DNA from: a virus
Virus record (IMG/VR): IMGVR_UViG_3300035698_023018
Location: 2,648-66,647 of that record
DNA: 64,000 nucleotides
Reading direction: 5' to 3' (one strand)
Positions 36,070 to 46,603 of the stretch are shown here, piece by piece (positions within the stretch are counted from its first letter, which is position 1; the number at the start of each line of letters is the position of its first letter). The notes under the pieces were generated by a model. The model worked only from the letters and a program-made list of their open reading frames with translations, made no database searches and was not told where the DNA came from. A program made the translations under genes and the position numbers.

Positions 36070-36743
36070 GCGCTCTCCGTCACAGCTAATCTTTTTAGGA
36101 ACTCTTCATGGAATTTATATAATTTACGCTGTAAAAGCAAGTGAGAAATGCCTGCAAATACCTTTTTATCAAAAATATATTGGGTACGGTCGTACCACCC
36201 CCAAAGAGATTCGAAATTCTGGTACAATATATCAAAAGGTACACCACTATTTCGCAAATTTGTATAAGTCTGTTTTGCCTTACGGTGGACCTCTGTTTCT
36301 ATCTTTTCACGTACAGTAGCAAAACGTTCATCAGTCACTGGAATATTAACTTCTCTCAAGGTATATGTCCCTTTATACCCCACGCGTTCCGCTAATTTGT
36401 TTAACGCTGCAGGAAACTGAATATCGTCCATACGCATAACAAATTCAAATACACTAGCACCTGCTTGGCAGCCAAAACAGTGGAATGTATTTGTCTCAAC
36501 ATAGAAACGCAAACTAGGCGTTTCACTGTCATCGTGAAACGGACAGAGACAAACATAGTCTCCATTATTCTGAGGGACTAAATCTAAGCCATATTCCCAC
36601 GCAAGGGAGACTAGATCTACTTTCGAAGCAACATCCGCGACATTAATAGTCGACGGCGTTTGCTGCTGAGGTACTGCCCCCTGAATTGGATACTTCCGTT
36701 GTGGTTGATGATGCGGCTGATCCGCTGACATTCTGACTTTCAC
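36054..36743 (-). CDS. stand-alone primase CHC2 Zn-finger protein
   Basis: CPFHDD..TPSL......FHCFGC..G.SVFEFVM. Confidence 0.88.
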   Translation of the reverse strand: MKVRMSADQPHHQPQRKYPIQGAVPQQQTPSTINVADVASKVDLVSLAWEYGLDLVPQNNGDYVCLCPFHDDSETPSLRFYVETNTFHCFGCQAGASVFEFVMRMDDIQFPAALNKLAERVGYKGTYTLREVNIPVTDERFATVREKIETEVHRKAKQTYTNLRNSGVPFDILYQNFESLWGWYDRTQYIFDKKVFAGISHLLLQRKLYKFHEEFLKRLAVTESACIKM

Positions 36744-39390
36744 TTTGGTCCTTACTTAGAGTCCTTACCATATTACTCCAACTACCTATCCAATTAATAT
36801 CTCTCTTCCAACATAAATCTATACATGATCCCTGATGATATCTTCCTTTGATCACTTCAAAGTGTACTTCGTGATTAACTTCATCTTTCTCATCTGCAAA
36901 AATACGGAAAATCGAATCACAATGATAAGAACTTGCATCCGAAAATGCAATATGTTCAGTTCCCTGTTTCGTCGCCTTTAAAGACTCCCTGTTCATCTGT
37001 GCTGCAGTATAATAAATAGTCTTGTGCGCACGTGAACCTTCTTTTAATTCTCTAAACACGTGATCATACATTTCGGCTCGATCTTTAAATTTAGACATCG
37101 GTCGAATCAAATTGGCATAGTCAATTAGCACAAGATCAGGTACTTGACCGTGAAGTTTTTCAAATGCCAGCACTTCGGATTCAATTATTCCTGTAGTACA
37201 TCCCTGAGGAATATCAATCAAGTACAACGGGTGCTGTACTTTTTTCTGATGCTGTAAAAATGCCATATATTTACGACGATTATACCCGACTAATTCGGTC
37301 CGCATAATCTCAGTCAATGGAATCTTAGCTTCCCGAGACTCCCACATATACTGTAAAATCTGCGCATCCATCTCAATTGTACAATACATTACCATCTTAC
37401 CTGCTTTAGCTGCATTACAACCGATATTAAATAACGATCGGCTATTGTGCACAATTATATCATTAGTCACAAAATTATGTGTTGAAGATATTTCTAAATC
37501 ATATGTGTCCGCTAATCCCGTACATTCAATACTTTTAACTGTATCCCAAAAAATATCGGCTGTTGCAAGCTTTTTAAGAGATTGACTATTTAATACATCT
37601 GCTAACTCTTCAACTTTATCACGGCATATACCATATTTATTCCAATCGTGAGAATAATTAAATTCAAATTTACATCCAGCGTTAGCTATCTTTTTACGAT
37701 CAATTTTATCTATTCGCGTAATAGGTAAATATGGTTTGATTAAATTCATTGGAATTGTATCAACATTAGTATTTTGTTGCGTCCCGTATAAAAATTTCAA
37801 CGCTTTGGTTACTCTTGCACATTTTTTACCCACAAAATATGGACCAATTTCATTAAGAAATTTTGCACGACAACTACCTATAACTTCGAGACTCCCCACT
37901 ATAAACTTTTTACCATTACACGTTGTGCAATGCTCCCAATATCGAGTAAGGATACCGAACCGCAATAATAAATGGCCAACCTGTCGAGTTAATTTAGGAG
38001 AACCTGTCTCAAATGTAATACGTGATAATGTCTCACCATAAATACTTCCATCACAACTCCAGAGAACGGCTAAAAATACTGCTAACTTTTCTTTCGGAAG
38101 TTTAAAAATTTCATCCGGAATTGTTTTTTGTACCGATTTTTTACCTAATAATCCAAACTCCTTTAACCACCCTTTAATAGGATTAACAGTCAATCGACGA
38201 TATTTATTTTTACCGTAACGTACTTTATCTGGAGTCAATTCCTTCCCTACAATTACTAAAGTACGTTTATATTCGGGTAACGTTGTACCATGAACGGTTA
38301 CCTTTAAATCCGCAATATTACTATCTTCGATAACTCTACAGAAATCCGCGCGGATGTCTAAATCATAATTAGTGAACCCAATAGATTGAGTAGATAAATT
38401 CCCTTCAGCAATTAAGTATGCTAATAAACGTACTTGGTTTGAAGGTAATTTACTTTTACCGAATATAGGAATTTCGCGAGGAACTGCAATACGATCACCA
38501 ATAGCAACAGATTGTAAGGGTTGCCATCCCTCTACGGTAAGTAGTGGATGGGTATGAGTAACTTCAATAGTACGTCCAGATTTAGTCGTAACTTTAAATA
38601 CTTCCTGTTCTCCCGAATACATATAATTGACAGGTTGTACAGTACGTAATTTGTTCCAATTATTAGATAAAGTCAAAACTTTACCTTCTTGGGAATTGAC
38701 GACGTCTTGAATTGGACGCAACGTGCCGTCAGCCATTACTAATTGACTATCAAATTTTATGCATTTACCACTGCCCGTGCGGCCGATAACAAGATACAGC
38801 TGTCCGGGGAACATTCCACCCGTTAACTTATCGATCTCTTTAATACCATAAGGTACACCACGATATTTCTCTGGATGTTCCTCCCTGTCAATATAATTCT
38901 GAATGCGTTCATCAGGATCTGCAAATACTGAAGTACGTTCAACAATAGATGTAGTACTCGTCGTCAAAATCTGTTGAGCAATACTTGACGCAATCTTTGC
39001 AGGATCAGTACCTGTTTCAAGACCCTCCACAATTTCCGCATTTACTGAACGAAGTGCACGATTAGCAGCACATTCCTTAAGCTCATCTATGTAAAACTTT
39101 ACATACTTGTCACATCCAAGAGAATGCAACTCCCCATATAACAAAAGAATGTCAGTCTTATTATCAGGATCATGTTTTGATAACCACTTGTCCAAAATAT
39201 TCCGATCAAGTGACTTGTAATATTTTCGATAGAAGCGGTCTAGAATTTCAAACATATATTGATGACGCGCGTCGTTAAAATCAGCCAGACCAAGATTATT
39301 AATCTGCTGATTCAATACGTTGTCATCAATCAGAAGAGCAGCGAGTACACGTTTTTCGGCTGTAGGATTATTAAATATATTCTCAGCCAC
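36643..39390 (-). CDS. dnaB: DnaB-like replicative helicase, intein-containing
   Basis: AEKRVLAALL N-domain, Walker A GRTGSGK|S, TIEM, LIDYANLI, AAQMNR, KGR; GTG start at 39390. Confidence 0.9.
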   Translation of the reverse strand: MAENIFNNPTAEKRVLAALLIDDNVLNQQINNLGLADFNDARHQYMFEILDRFYRKYYKSLDRNILDKWLSKHDPDNKTDILLLYGELHSLGCDKYVKFYIDELKECAANRALRSVNAEIVEGLETGTDPAKIASSIAQQILTTSTTSIVERTSVFADPDERIQNYIDREEHPEKYRGVPYGIKEIDKLTGGMFPGQLYLVIGRTGSGKCIKFDSQLVMADGTLRPIQDVVNSQEGKVLTLSNNWNKLRTVQPVNYMYSGEQEVFKVTTKSGRTIEVTHTHPLLTVEGWQPLQSVAIGDRIAVPREIPIFGKSKLPSNQVRLLAYLIAEGNLSTQSIGFTNYDLDIRADFCRVIEDSNIADLKVTVHGTTLPEYKRTLVIVGKELTPDKVRYGKNKYRRLTVNPIKGWLKEFGLLGKKSVQKTIPDEIFKLPKEKLAVFLAVLWSCDGSIYGETLSRITFETGSPKLTRQVGHLLLRFGILTRYWEHCTTCNGKKFIVGSLEVIGSCRAKFLNEIGPYFVGKKCARVTKALKFLYGTQQNTNVDTIPMNLIKPYLPITRIDKIDRKKIANAGCKFEFNYSHDWNKYGICRDKVEELADVLNSQSLKKLATADIFWDTVKSIECTGLADTYDLEISSTHNFVTNDIIVHNSRSLFNIGCNAAKAGKMVMYCTIEMDAQILQYMWESREAKIPLTEIMRTELVGYNRRKYMAFLQHQKKVQHPLYLIDIPQGCTTGIIESEVLAFEKLHGQVPDLVLIDYANLIRPMSKFKDRAEMYDHVFRELKEGSRAHKTIYYTAAQMNRESLKATKQGTEHIAFSDASSYHCDSIFRIFADEKDEVNHEVHFEVIKGRYHQGSCIDLCWKRDINWIGSWSNMVRTLSKDQSESQNVSGSAASSTTTEVSNSGGSTSAANAVDY
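37444..38763 (-). mobile_element. intein (440 aa) with LAGLIDADG endonuclease in the DnaB P-loop
   Basis: GSGK|CIKFDS ... TYDLEI..THNFVTNDIIVHN|S; THTHPLLT block B; LLAYLIAEG and FLAVLWSCDG. Confidence 0.93.
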
Positions 39391-39694
39391 GCGGTTCCTT
39401 CTCCCACCGTTCCAATGCAACATCCCAGGTGACGTCATCTGGACAATCATTGTGCCCCGCGGTGCACGTAGTTGCATGCGCCCATACTCGTATTACCATA
39501 TGATACGCAAGTATTTTAGGTAACCTAAACGCAATTTTTTGCCAAATCACATGCTTATCCAAATGTTTGCACATATTTAAACGAATCATCCATGTATACC
39601 ATATCCATCCACGTATACGCTGAGGAATGGTAGGAGGTATATCATCTTTAAGACCTAGTGCTTCTTGTACTTTTCGTTCTCTTCTACTAATCAT
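39383..39694 (-). CDS. small protein with ExxVQxALG leader
   Basis: MISRRERKVQEALGLK... Confidence 0.6.
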   Translation of the reverse strand: MISRRERKVQEALGLKDDIPPTIPQRIRGWIWYTWMIRLNMCKHLDKHVIWQKIAFRLPKILAYHMVIRVWAHATTCTAGHNDCPDDVTWDVALERWEKEPRG

Positions 39695-39699
39695 ATATT

Positions 39700-39987
39700 T
39701 TAGACACTCAGTTCCTTCTCCTGCCTTCGTTTCAACGCCATTCGAGTATCACAAAGTCGCTGCTCATCGATTACTAAATTCGAATGTATTCGACCAGCAA
39801 ACTCAGGATGCTTTGCATTTATTGTAGCATCCAATTTTACCTGAGCATCGTCATGATCCATAGCATAAATATCAAAGTGATCCTCAAAAACCTGCCCAGT
39901 ATCAAGATTCTCAGTACGCGCATGAATTGAATAAAGTTGAGGTAACGTCCCTAAAGCTCTTTGAATTGCAAACTCTTGATCAATCAT
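39700..39987 (-). CDS. small protein with ExxIQxALG leader
   Basis: MIDQEFAIQRALGTL...; ATG at 39987. Confidence 0.6.
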   Translation of the reverse strand: MIDQEFAIQRALGTLPQLYSIHARTENLDTGQVFEDHFDIYAMDHDDAQVKLDATINAKHPEFAGRIHSNLVIDEQRLCDTRMALKRRQEKELSV

Positions 39988-40759
39988 CAAAAAACTCACT
40001 TTCTAATTGCCCAAGAATTTGGGGTCTATAATTTCCGGTGAACGTAATTTCAGCGAGCCTCTCAGAAAACATTGCGGCAATCGTTTTACCTACAGTATGT
40101 GCGATATCGGATTTCATAACATTCGATGTTACGATTAAAGGCTTCTTAAGATAATCACACCGTTTCTTAAACAACGGCAATAATATCCTCTGTACATTAT
40201 CATGTTGATCTTGAAAACCTTTATCAATCTCATCGACCACTAAAAAGTCTGTCTCTTGAATTACTTTCTCTAAATCTCGTTTGACTTCAGGATCTCTCAA
40301 GGCAGCAAATGACGCATCTACTAAATCAGACATTAATACAAAATATCCTGAATAACCATCTTCCAACGCCCGCTTTAATATAAGCGTAGCAATGAAACTT
40401 TTACCTGTACCATTACCGCCCTGTATGAATAATCCAAAACCTGTCTCAAGAGCTTTAGCGTGTTGCTTAGTATATTGAGCTACCCGATTAAGATTTTCCG
40501 CGTTCTCTTGCTGAAAGCCGGGATCAATATTTTGTTTTGTCAAGTCTCTGAAAGCTGGAGGGATATGCGCATGTGCCAACGCATACGCGTTATTAAATCT
40601 AATTAAACATATACACTTAACGAATTCCTCTTCGCCAAGAATACCTGTACCATTGCAGACTGTACAGTCAACACAATATTTCTGTTGCATTGCATGAATA
40701 TCGTCTATTGAAACCTTAAACCGATCAGATTCGAAACGTAGAGGAATTTTCTTAATCAT
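39980..40759 (-). CDS. DnaC/IstB-like AAA+ helicase loader
   Basis: CTVC...C.C Zn motif, GGNGTGKS, LVVDEIDK, IVTSN. Confidence 0.85.
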   Translation of the reverse strand: MIKKIPLRFESDRFKVSIDDIHAMQQKYCVDCTVCNGTGILGEEEFVKCICLIRFNNAYALAHAHIPPAFRDLTKQNIDPGFQQENAENLNRVAQYTKQHAKALETGFGLFIQGGNGTGKSFIATLILKRALEDGYSGYFVLMSDLVDASFAALRDPEVKRDLEKVIQETDFLVVDEIDKGFQDQHDNVQRILLPLFKKRCDYLKKPLIVTSNVMKSDIAHTVGKTIAAMFSERLAEITFTGNYRPQILGQLESEFFDD

Positions 40760-41349
40760 TAAAATGCGTCCTCCAACGCTTTGGCAAGATCTTTAGTACT
40801 CTTTGGAGTTTGAGCTGCAAGTTGTTTGAATTTCTCCGGATCGGTTTGACTTTGCGATTTTGTAGATGCTAACCATTGATATAACATCGTATCACTTGAA
40901 ATCAAAGGAATAGTCGCAATGAATTTTTTATTGAACTTCTTCGCGAACAACCATTCAATCATCTCTTTATACACTGAGTTACTCTTGATCTCTTCATGCG
41001 CATTGCGGAATTGGCTAATTCTTATTGAAAATACTTCCCAATGTTTTCCACCAATATTGAAATTTTGCTCATATTTATCATTATATAACTCTTGGAAAAG
41101 CCTAAGGAAATGATGAGTATTCCATTTCTCAACAGGCATATCCATATTGATCTTACCTTTAGTCCGCTTTACTACTAATCCCTTCTTCGGTGGATCGTAT
41201 ACAGTATCAGGTCTATTCTTAAGCTGCTTGTTCTCTTGCTCTACATCTTTATGCATTGCAGAAAGTTGTGCAATACGGTAACGCATAAAGTATATAGCTT
41301 TGTCTACTTGGACCTCATCGTCTCTAATCAAAAATCTATCAACATTCAT
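40759..41349 (-). CDS. hypothetical protein, possible replication initiator
   Basis: Position directly upstream of the DnaC-like gene; function inferred from context only. Confidence 0.4.
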   Translation of the reverse strand: MNVDRFLIRDDEVQVDKAIYFMRYRIAQLSAMHKDVEQENKQLKNRPDTVYDPPKKGLVVKRTKGKINMDMPVEKWNTHHFLRLFQELYNDKYEQNFNIGGKHWEVFSIRISQFRNAHEEIKSNSVYKEMIEWLFAKKFNKKFIATIPLISSDTMLYQWLASTKSQSQTDPEKFKQLAAQTPKSTKDLAKALEDAF

Positions 41350-42818
41350 ACTATAACTTCCTTATACGTGATACGAAAACTAGCTTCACTCTTATACAAT
41401 CGTTCTCGCTTCTTTGAATGTCGTCGTAAATACTTATATGGATCAAGGAAGTCCACTACAATCGCATATTCTTTTCCTTCGGCGGGAGTCAGACATCTTA
41501 ACCGTTGAAACACTTTGATAGCCGATTCACCCCCTGATGCAATAATAGTAGCGCCGAGTGATGGAATATCAATACCTTCGTCACCAAGCGTAGTTATCAA
41601 AATAGGAAGTTTTCCTATTCGTAACTGATGCCAAAGAGAAGCACGATCAGCGGATTTACTATATGAAAATTTCGCGCTGGGGATTAAAGAGGCAAGAGCT
41701 TTACCGTGCTTAATTTTCGTTACTAAAATCATACATGTTTTCCCACGGTCTTTCAAACTGTGAGCAATCTTTGCTATCGCGTCATTACGTAACTTGTTGT
41801 CGACAATTGCCTGCTTATAAATCGTGGCATAAACAGTCTTATCTTCAAATGGAATGACTTTGGGCATCTTGATCAAGTGTACGGTAGGTCGTACTAGATA
41901 TCCAGAATCAATCAGTTTGCTGTAATCGATCTCATATATAATAGGTCCTAGTAAGCCTTCCAGTAACATATTTGTGTTATCTTCTCGAAAAGGAGTACCC
42001 GAACAACCCAAGATATATTCTGCGGAGTAAACTTTATTCTGAAGAATATATTTGTGGGTAGCACTCACCGCGTGATGGCATTCGTCAACCCATACAAACT
42101 TCGCGGTTTCGACCAATCGTTGTATGTCCAATTTTCGGGCGAGCGCTGGAATCTGCTCCATTTGCTTTTTCGGAATCTTCTCTTTAATGTCATACGCAGC
42201 ACTTACCGATTGAATGGTCGCAACCGTTATTGGCTGTATATCACATTCGCCATCACCTATAAGGCCGACTTTTACACTGGGCAGGAATTGACTAAACTTT
42301 TCTATAGTCTGTTTTGCAATATCAATACTTTGACAAAGACTCAGTACCGGTAGAATGCCCAGCCGCTGTACTAACATAATTTCCATAATCGTCTTACCGC
42401 TTCGCGGCCGAGCCCAAATAATACCACGTTTCAACTTTTGGGATATCTGTACAGCGTCTTCTTGATATGGTCGAGATTCAAGAATTAAACCGGGAATAGG
42501 TTGAGGAACATATTCCATTCTATCATCCTCGATATTATATGGAATACTGTATTGTTTGAGCGCTTCCTCAACGTATGGCAGTAATCCTGTAAGAAATTTA
42601 CCTGTCTTGACACTGAACAAATGATTATGCCCGTCCCATTGTTCTTGGATAAACCTCTTGTTGCTCATAGCCTTGATAAAGTGACTATTGTGCACTTCAT
42701 AGGATAGGAGAGCGTCGAGATAACTCCACACTTCAGTCATACCTGGATAGTTAGTATCGACGGGAGTTAACTGGCTAAATATAGTTTTGACTTTTAGGGT
42801 TGCTGCGAATTGTTCCAT
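41346..42818 (-). CDS. superfamily 2 DNA helicase (UvsW/XPB-like)
   Basis: RPYQ, PRSGKT, DECHH, SGTPFR, EGIDIP, QRLR. Confidence 0.9.
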   Translation of the reverse strand: MEQFAATLKVKTIFSQLTPVDTNYPGMTEVWSYLDALLSYEVHNSHFIKAMSNKRFIQEQWDGHNHLFSVKTGKFLTGLLPYVEEALKQYSIPYNIEDDRMEYVPQPIPGLILESRPYQEDAVQISQKLKRGIIWARPRSGKTIMEIMLVQRLGILPVLSLCQSIDIAKQTIEKFSQFLPSVKVGLIGDGECDIQPITVATIQSVSAAYDIKEKIPKKQMEQIPALARKLDIQRLVETAKFVWVDECHHAVSATHKYILQNKVYSAEYILGCSGTPFREDNTNMLLEGLLGPIIYEIDYSKLIDSGYLVRPTVHLIKMPKVIPFEDKTVYATIYKQAIVDNKLRNDAIAKIAHSLKDRGKTCMILVTKIKHGKALASLIPSAKFSYSKSADRASLWHQLRIGKLPILITTLGDEGIDIPSLGATIIASGGESAIKVFQRLRCLTPAEGKEYAIVVDFLDPYKYLRRHSKKRERLYKSEASFRITYKEVIV

Positions 42819-43018
42819 ACAACCTCATTACTAGTCTCATCTACGATAAATTTTAGCGTACCGTCAAACTTACTTAAACATTTTTGAGCGGCTTCAGGAG
42901 ACACTGCACGAATTGTCCGTACGTCATAGTGAGTTGCGCGTGTCTCTGGTTTAAAATACCCTGCATACTTTCTGAGCAATCCGAGAGCTTTTTGAATTTT
43001 CTTTTCTTTTTTATCCAT
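42794..43018 (-). CDS. small protein with ExxIQxALG leader
   Basis: MDKKEKKIQKALGLL...; ATG at 43018. Confidence 0.55.
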   Translation of the reverse strand: MDKKEKKIQKALGLLRKYAGYFKPETRATHYDVRTIRAVSPEAAQKCLSKFDGTLKFIVDETSNEVVWNNSQQP

Positions 43019-43236
43019 TGTAATGTGGTCGAGTGAATATACCTTGTGCCTTCCCACATAATCTGTCCGCTACAAATTGGGCTGTTGCGCACATCGTGCA
43101 GATAACCCTCTTCCTCCCGCCCCCAGGGTGTTGATATCCACTTCTCGTCAACAGGAAAATCTTTGTGGCAGAGACTGCAGGTAAATTCGGGTAACGACCC
43201 TACAGCTTTTTGAACCCGTATTTCTTGTTCATCCAT
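42874..43236 (-). CDS. small Cys/His protein with ExxVQxAVG leader
   Basis: MDEQEIRVQKAVGSL..CSLC...H...C; its 3' end overlaps the next gene by about 145 nt, so the end is uncertain. Confidence 0.5.
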   Translation of the reverse strand: MDEQEIRVQKAVGSLPEFTCSLCHKDFPVDEKWISTPWGREEEGYLHDVRNSPICSGQIMWEGTRYIHSTTLQWIKKKRKFKKLSDCSESMQGILNQRHAQLTMTYGQFVQCLLKPLKNV

Positions 43237-43831
43237 TATCGGGGTGGAAGGTGTCGAGCGAATATTTATAAAGCCGCTTTGCGGGCGCGCCCCCATACAC
43301 CTGACCCGGTGTAGTATCGAGGTTTACAACGGATTGACTAAATATCACACAATCTTCCCCAATAGTCACACCAGGGTTAATTGTAATTAGTCCCCCTTGC
43401 AACCATACTCTATCTTTAAGTACCGTCTTTGCATATCTATTTGGAAATAAATTATTCACTACTTGAGGAACTCGACATACATGTGACCAAATCTGACAAC
43501 TAAATCCAATGCAACAATCTTTACCTATCTCAAGATCTCCCGTTGCATCGAGTGCCGTATATTGAGCTACCCACGAGTTTTCACCAATAGTACAATCACC
43601 TTTCCCGTGAATTGTCACATGATTATGTAAGGTAACATTGTCTCCGAGAACAACTGTGCCGCCTACGGCAATTTTTACGTCATCTTCAATACGTACGTTA
43701 TCTCCAATAATTAATATTAGAGGTTTTCCAGAATGTCCCGAGAATTTTATCTTTTGACCGCCCCGACATCCTACAAAATCTGCGTCACGTGTATGCGCCA
43801 TAGTTATAGTGTATGTATCCGTACTACTCAT
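43229..43831 (-). CDS. hexapeptide-repeat (LbH) sugar acyltransferase
   Basis: IGDNVRI, LGDNVTL, IGENSWV, IGKDCCI, YGGAPAK. Confidence 0.85.
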   Translation of the reverse strand: MSSTDTYTITMAHTRDADFVGCRGGQKIKFSGHSGKPLILIIGDNVRIEDDVKIAVGGTVVLGDNVTLHNHVTIHGKGDCTIGENSWVAQYTALDATGDLEIGKDCCIGFSCQIWSHVCRVPQVVNNLFPNRYAKTVLKDRVWLQGGLITINPGVTIGEDCVIFSQSVVNLDTTPGQVYGGAPAKRLYKYSLDTFHPDNG

Positions 43832-44990
43832 AAAATCCCTTTATACAATCTGCCATATATTGAACATCTTCATCAGTTACCCACCAGCCACACGGTAAAG
43901 AAATATGTTTTTCCATAAACGCTTTTACACCTGGCAACTCTATTGGATCAGCATGGAAGCCACTATACACATCATTATTGACGTGCATCTGTGACGCATG
44001 AATATCTTTAGCTCGTAAAAAGTCTAGTAATTCCGGAATATTATCACCAATGAATGTTGAAACCCATGCAGCTGTAGGTCCTCGCCAAGATCTCTGCATC
44101 ACATCAACAAGCGCTTTAGTGAGATGTAAATCATTCATAATGTACGTAGACAGCCGCGCGGACAAACCGGGATCTTTCATCTGCGCAGTACCAATGCAAC
44201 CCGCTACGTTATTCATATGCATTTTAAAACCAATTTCAGGCACATCCGAACGCCAATCGATTTCACCATTAGTTGTGCGGAATCCATCTCTATCAAGACC
44301 GAACCATTTTAATCTATTCGCACGTGCCATATCATCGCCATTTCTAAATGCAATAGCGCCACCGTCAGCAGTAGTTATTTGTTTAATCGCTTGAAAGGAG
44401 AAACAGATATAGTCACCATAAGTACCATCACCTAATATGCCCCTGTGCGCATAAGTGCCGAATGCCTGAGCCGCGTCAACAATAAGTTTAATACCATGCT
44501 CTAAACAAATTCCATTAACTTCACGTAATGGGCCAAGATCGCCTCCCCAACATACGTAAATAAGAACTTTGATATATGGATTAGCTTTTATACTTGATAT
44601 CAATGCGTCAGGTGTAATCATTCCATGTATCGGATCTACATCGACCCACACTGGTGTAGCGCTAAGAGTTTCAATAGGTGCATTCGTAGCCAGACAAGTC
44701 ATTGACGATGAGAACACTTTATCTCCGGCTTTAACCCCAGCCAATCTAAGGGCTATTTGTAAACTACTCGTACACGAATTCGTAGTCAAGACATTTTTAT
44801 TATGTAAATATTCACGAAGATATTTTTCGAATTCCTTAACATTCTCACCTTCCGCAATATATCCCGAGGCTAAAACATCTCCGAGCGCTTCACCGAGATG
44901 ACATTCATTACCCATTTTATCTGTAGCATTTTGAGCAACATAAACTTTAAATAATGGAATCATTGTATTCTCCTCAATAACTCTCTTCAA
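43824..44990 (-). CDS. DegT/DnrJ/EryC1/StrS sugar aminotransferase
   Basis: NSCTSSL, DAAQAFG, SFQAIKQITT.DGG with catalytic Lys. Confidence 0.9.
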   Translation of the reverse strand: MKRVIEENTMIPLFKVYVAQNATDKMGNECHLGEALGDVLASGYIAEGENVKEFEKYLREYLHNKNVLTTNSCTSSLQIALRLAGVKAGDKVFSSSMTCLATNAPIETLSATPVWVDVDPIHGMITPDALISSIKANPYIKVLIYVCWGGDLGPLREVNGICLEHGIKLIVDAAQAFGTYAHRGILGDGTYGDYICFSFQAIKQITTADGGAIAFRNGDDMARANRLKWFGLDRDGFRTTNGEIDWRSDVPEIGFKMHMNNVAGCIGTAQMKDPGLSARLSTYIMNDLHLTKALVDVMQRSWRGPTAAWVSTFIGDNIPELLDFLRAKDIHASQMHVNNDVYSGFHADPIELPGVKAFMEKHISLPCGWWVTDEDVQYMADCIKGFYE

Positions 44991-45915
44991 TACCCATTTG
45001 AATATTACATACCTGCAGTCTTAGATTTTCTTCCGCATTGACGTTGTACGCAATCATCTGCACAGCTTCGTCAGTTTGAGTAAATCCCATACCCTGAATT
45101 AGTGCGCCATTACTTTGATTATAAGCGCACCAAATATTCAACTTACTCCATCCATGTTGTTTACATAAAGACTTGGCTGCCCCAAGAAGTGCAACAGTTC
45201 CAGGTCCCTCCAATCCAATTATATGTGCCCAATCCTTGTACTGTTTTAGTACAGCAAAGCCCCTGGTCGAACCCTTTAATATGATTGGAATGTAGTGGCT
45301 CTGTGGATGATAAATCCAACGAGTATGTTGCCATTTATAAAATGCGCCTTCTACTTCTTTAATGGAATGTTCATAAAATATATACGAAGAATTTTCTGCG
45401 GGACCTAAATAAGTATTAAATTTAGGGCCGTAGTAATCTTCTCGATGTATTGGAAGTTTTACAGCATCAAATTCATATACAGCAATATTTTGAACCGTAT
45501 ACCATCCTGCTTGAAGATGTCCTCCAACTACGGATCGACCTCGTTGAGGAAAGCCCACGATATATTCATACTCCTCTAATTCCTTCTCAGCTTGTAAAGC
45601 AAATTTACTGAGATCAGTGAATAATCCTATACGTCTGTGATCCTTCTGAATACCTACAGCAAAACATCTACCTACGTCAATGACCTTACGATTTAAGCAA
45701 AATTGTCGCGGCTCTACTCCCCAAATACCTACTAACACATCACCATCATTCACGTATGCACCATATATACGCACCTTTCCCGCATGTACTGTATTGAACC
45801 ACCAATCAATCCATTCAAACGATATATCGCTTGAAGGAAATAATTCATTATGCAACGCTTTGTACGCAAAAAAGTCCGTTACTAAGTCGAACTTATACAA
45901 GATGTAACCCACCAT
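44974..45915 (-). CDS. GNAT-family N-acyltransferase
   Basis: VGIQKDHRRIGLF acyl-CoA motif, GFP...GW; tandem GNAT length. Confidence 0.75.
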   Translation of the reverse strand: MVGYILYKFDLVTDFFAYKALHNELFPSSDISFEWIDWWFNTVHAGKVRIYGAYVNDGDVLVGIWGVEPRQFCLNRKVIDVGRCFAVGIQKDHRRIGLFTDLSKFALQAEKELEEYEYIVGFPQRGRSVVGGHLQAGWYTVQNIAVYEFDAVKLPIHREDYYGPKFNTYLGPAENSSYIFYEHSIKEVEGAFYKWQHTRWIYHPQSHYIPIILKGSTRGFAVLKQYKDWAHIIGLEGPGTVALLGAAKSLCKQHGWSKLNIWCAYNQSNGALIQGMGFTQTDEAVQMIAYNVNAEENLRLQVCNIQMGIEESY

Positions 45916-46594
45916 TTAAAGGTAGAATTTGTCCCGCCATATAAGGAGTATTGATTAAGAAGTCAATGGAATTCATAACCTCTTCAAAATTCCCAAATCG
46001 ACCCATTGGAATAGTCTTCTTTAATGCCTCTTGATGTGCTTCAGGTACTTGTGCAATCATTCCGTATTCAGTGTAACCTAAACCAATCCCAAACGGTAAG
46101 ATGTTGTTCTTAATTCCTTCAGGAAGTAAGCCCCTCACCATTCCTTCCATAGCAGATTTAGTTATACTATACCCCAGTGCGCCAAAAACAGGGCGATGGG
46201 CAACGACGGAACTTACGAAAATAAGTCTACCAAACTGTTTCTCTTTCATCTGGGGCCATAATTCACGTATAAGATGAAGTACGCCCGAGCAATTTACTTC
46301 AAACTGTTGTTGAATGCCTGCAAAAGTAGTCTTACTTATTGATGCATTTATAGTAATTCCTGCTAAGTGAATTAGATGAATATCTTCATCTTTTATTTGC
46401 GGCATTCTTGAAACAAGTTTAGCCATAATATTCGAAGAAGTAGTTAACTCATACCGAATATAGAGAGTATCTGTAGGCCATGGCGTACTAGGACAATTAG
46501 TACCATACAACCCTACAACACATTGCTCACGACGTACTAGTTCTTCGATTACTTTTCGCCCTAATCCTCCCGAAGCTCCGGTAACTATGTACAT
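45893..46594 (-). CDS. SDR oxidoreductase (FabG/PhaB-like)
   Basis: TGASGGLG, SSV, YSITK, IPMGRFG, GQ.L..NGG. Confidence 0.85.
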   Translation of the reverse strand: MYIVTGASGGLGRKVIEELVRREQCVVGLYGTNCPSTPWPTDTLYIRYELTTSSNIMAKLVSRMPQIKDEDIHLIHLAGITINASISKTTFAGIQQQFEVNCSGVLHLIRELWPQMKEKQFGRLIFVSSVVAHRPVFGALGYSITKSAMEGMVRGLLPEGIKNNILPFGIGLGYTEYGMIAQVPEAHQEALKKTIPMGRFGNFEEVMNSIDFLINTPYMAGQILPLNGGLHLV

Positions 46595-46603
46595 AACTTT
46601 TCC

